Shown: in pieces, positions 63,134-64,000 of the stretch
Layout: each line of letters begins with the position of its first letter
Numbering within the stretch: the stretch's first letter is position 1
NCBI GenBank assembly: GCA_016935485.1
Contig: JAFGQW010000084.1
Location: forward strand, 1,450 to 65,449
Length of the DNA: 64,000 nt
Origin: Planctomycetota bacterium
GTDB taxonomy: Bacteria > Planctomycetota > JAFGQW01
Direction: 5' to 3'
The notes under the pieces: model-generated
The model's input: only the letters and a program-made list of their open reading frames with translations
The model's database searches: none
Told to the model about the DNA's origin: nothing
Position numbers and translations under genes: made by a program

Positions 63134-64000
63134 ATGGCGATCGTGGCCGACCCAGCGCCCCCCCGGACCCGGATTCTCTCGGGCATCCAGCCCTCGGGAC
63201 GGCTCCACCTCGGCAACTACTTCGGCGCCATCCGCCAGCACCTCGAGCTCCAGGCCACCAGCGACTGCTTCTATTTCATCGCCAACTACCACGCACTCAC
63301 CACCGTGAAGGAGCCCGCCGCGCTGCGGCGGAACACGCTCGACGTGGCGGCGACCTATCTCGCGCTCGGCCTCGATCCCGACCGGACCGTGTTCTTCCGC
63401 CAGTCCGACGTGCCCGAGGTGTGCGAGCTCACCTGGCTGCTCATGACCGTGACCGGAATGGGCCTGCTCGAGCGCGCCCACTCCTACAAGGACAAGATCG
63501 CCCGCGGCATCAAGCCGTCGGTGGGACTGTTTGCGTACCCCGTGCTCATGGCCTCCGACATTCTCGCCTACCGGCCCCGTCTGGTTCCGGTCGGCAAGGA
63601 CCAGGAGCAGCACGTGGAGATGGCCCAGGACATGGCCGCCTCGTTCCACCACGCCTTCGGGACGGAGGTGTTCGTCCGGCCCGAGCCGCGGTTCACCGAG
63701 ACCGCCCGCGTTCCGGGCACGGACTGGGAGCGCGGCCCCGACGGGAGTTTTCTCCGCGACGAGCGGGGCCGGCGCGTGCCGCAGAAGATGTCCAAGAGCT
63801 ACGGCAACACGCTGGAGATCTTCGCCGAGGGCCGCGCCCTGAAGCGGGCGGTGGGCCGCATCCCGACGGACTCCGTGGCGCTCGAGAATCCGATCGATCC
63901 CGACGACTGCCTGGTCTTCCAGCTGTGCGCGCTGTTCCTGGAGCCCGACGAGCAGGCGGAGCTCCGGGCCCGCTACCGCGCCGGCGGCTTCGGCTACGGG
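63134..64000 (+). CDS. trpS: Tryptophanyl-tRNA synthetase, 5' partial (continues beyond the window).
   Basis: Manual translation: MAIVADPAPPRTRILSGIQPSGRLHLGNYFGA (HIGH-like HLGN), a KMSKS motif (QKMSKSYGNT) about 200 aa in. Not in the ORF track because there is no stop in the window. Start ±1 codon. Confidence 0.9.
   Translation, partial: MAIVADPAPPRTRILSGIQPSGRLHLGNYFGAIRQHLELQATSDCFYFIANYHALTTVKEPAALRRNTLDVAATYLALGLDPDRTVFFRQSDVPEVCELTWLLMTVTGMGLLERAHSYKDKIARGIKPSVGLFAYPVLMASDILAYRPRLVPVGKDQEQHVEMAQDMAASFHHAFGTEVFVRPEPRFTETARVPGTDWERGPDGSFLRDERGRRVPQKMSKSYGNTLEIFAEGRALKRAVGRIPTDSVALENPIDPDDCLVFQLCALFLEPDEQAELRARYRAGGFGYG

Noticed and set aside
1-64000. Searched for CRISPR arrays, rRNA/tRNA genes, transposase/integrase genes and phage structural genes.
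   Set aside because: No regularly spaced repeats with unique spacers were found. The only tandem repeats are the 25-nt pair at 17.97 kb and the coding 21-nt repeats at 39.6 kb. No DDE/tyrosine-recombinase motifs were seen. There is no evidence for a mobile element or prophage.

Overview
This is a 64-kb window of very high-GC (~70-72%) bacterial chromosome. It is gene-dense and reads like a Gram-negative genome (lipoboxes, DUF1573, MoxR/DUF58/transglutaminase module, Ser/Thr-kinase-FGE fusion, TMTC/PMT-like membrane proteins), possibly Myxococcota- or Gemmatimonadota-like. I call about 47 protein-coding genes. There are no rRNA or tRNA genes, no CRISPR array and no clear transposase or integrase. 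The many long opposite-strand ORFs in the six-frame track are almost all GC-driven artefacts overlapping real genes.

Housekeeping genes I recognise with confidence are purF, rtcA, ubiB, ptsI plus two EIIA(Ntr-type) genes, rlmN, rpmH, queF, glgC and the 5' part of trpS.

The accessory content I would rank highest:
1. A ~17-kb island (13.9-30.6 kb) holding four large GT-C-fold (ArnT/PMT/TMTC-like) membrane glycosyltransferase-like paralogues, each with a different C-terminal soluble domain. They sit with a radical-SAM/SPASM enzyme, a redox-dead TlpA-like protein, an isochorismatase-family hydrolase, a UGM/amine-oxidase-like flavoenzyme, an MFS transporter and a sugar-phosphate isomerase. I read this as a candidate protein or glycan modification system. 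A fifth membrane protein with a TPR tail lies at 46.0 kb.
2. An ECF sigma factor, then an anti-sigma factor whose extracytoplasmic tail is dockerin-like, then a cohesin-sized secreted protein, then a VIT+vWA lipoprotein.
3. A MoxR-DUF58-transglutaminase operon beside a DUF1573 lipoprotein and a secreted alpha/alpha-toroid protein with a 21-nt-repeat Pro-rich tail.
4. A transmembrane fusion of a catalytically degenerate Ser/Thr (pseudo)kinase to an FGE-sulfatase domain.
5. A response-regulator-PP2C phosphatase translationally coupled to a YkgJ-family Cys-cluster protein.
6. An unusual divergent intergenic region (17.83-18.20 kb) packed with a perfect 25-nt tandem direct repeat and palindromes.

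All calls are from reading the supplied sequence and ORF track. No database searches were run. Family assignments rest on motifs I recognise and are stated as such.
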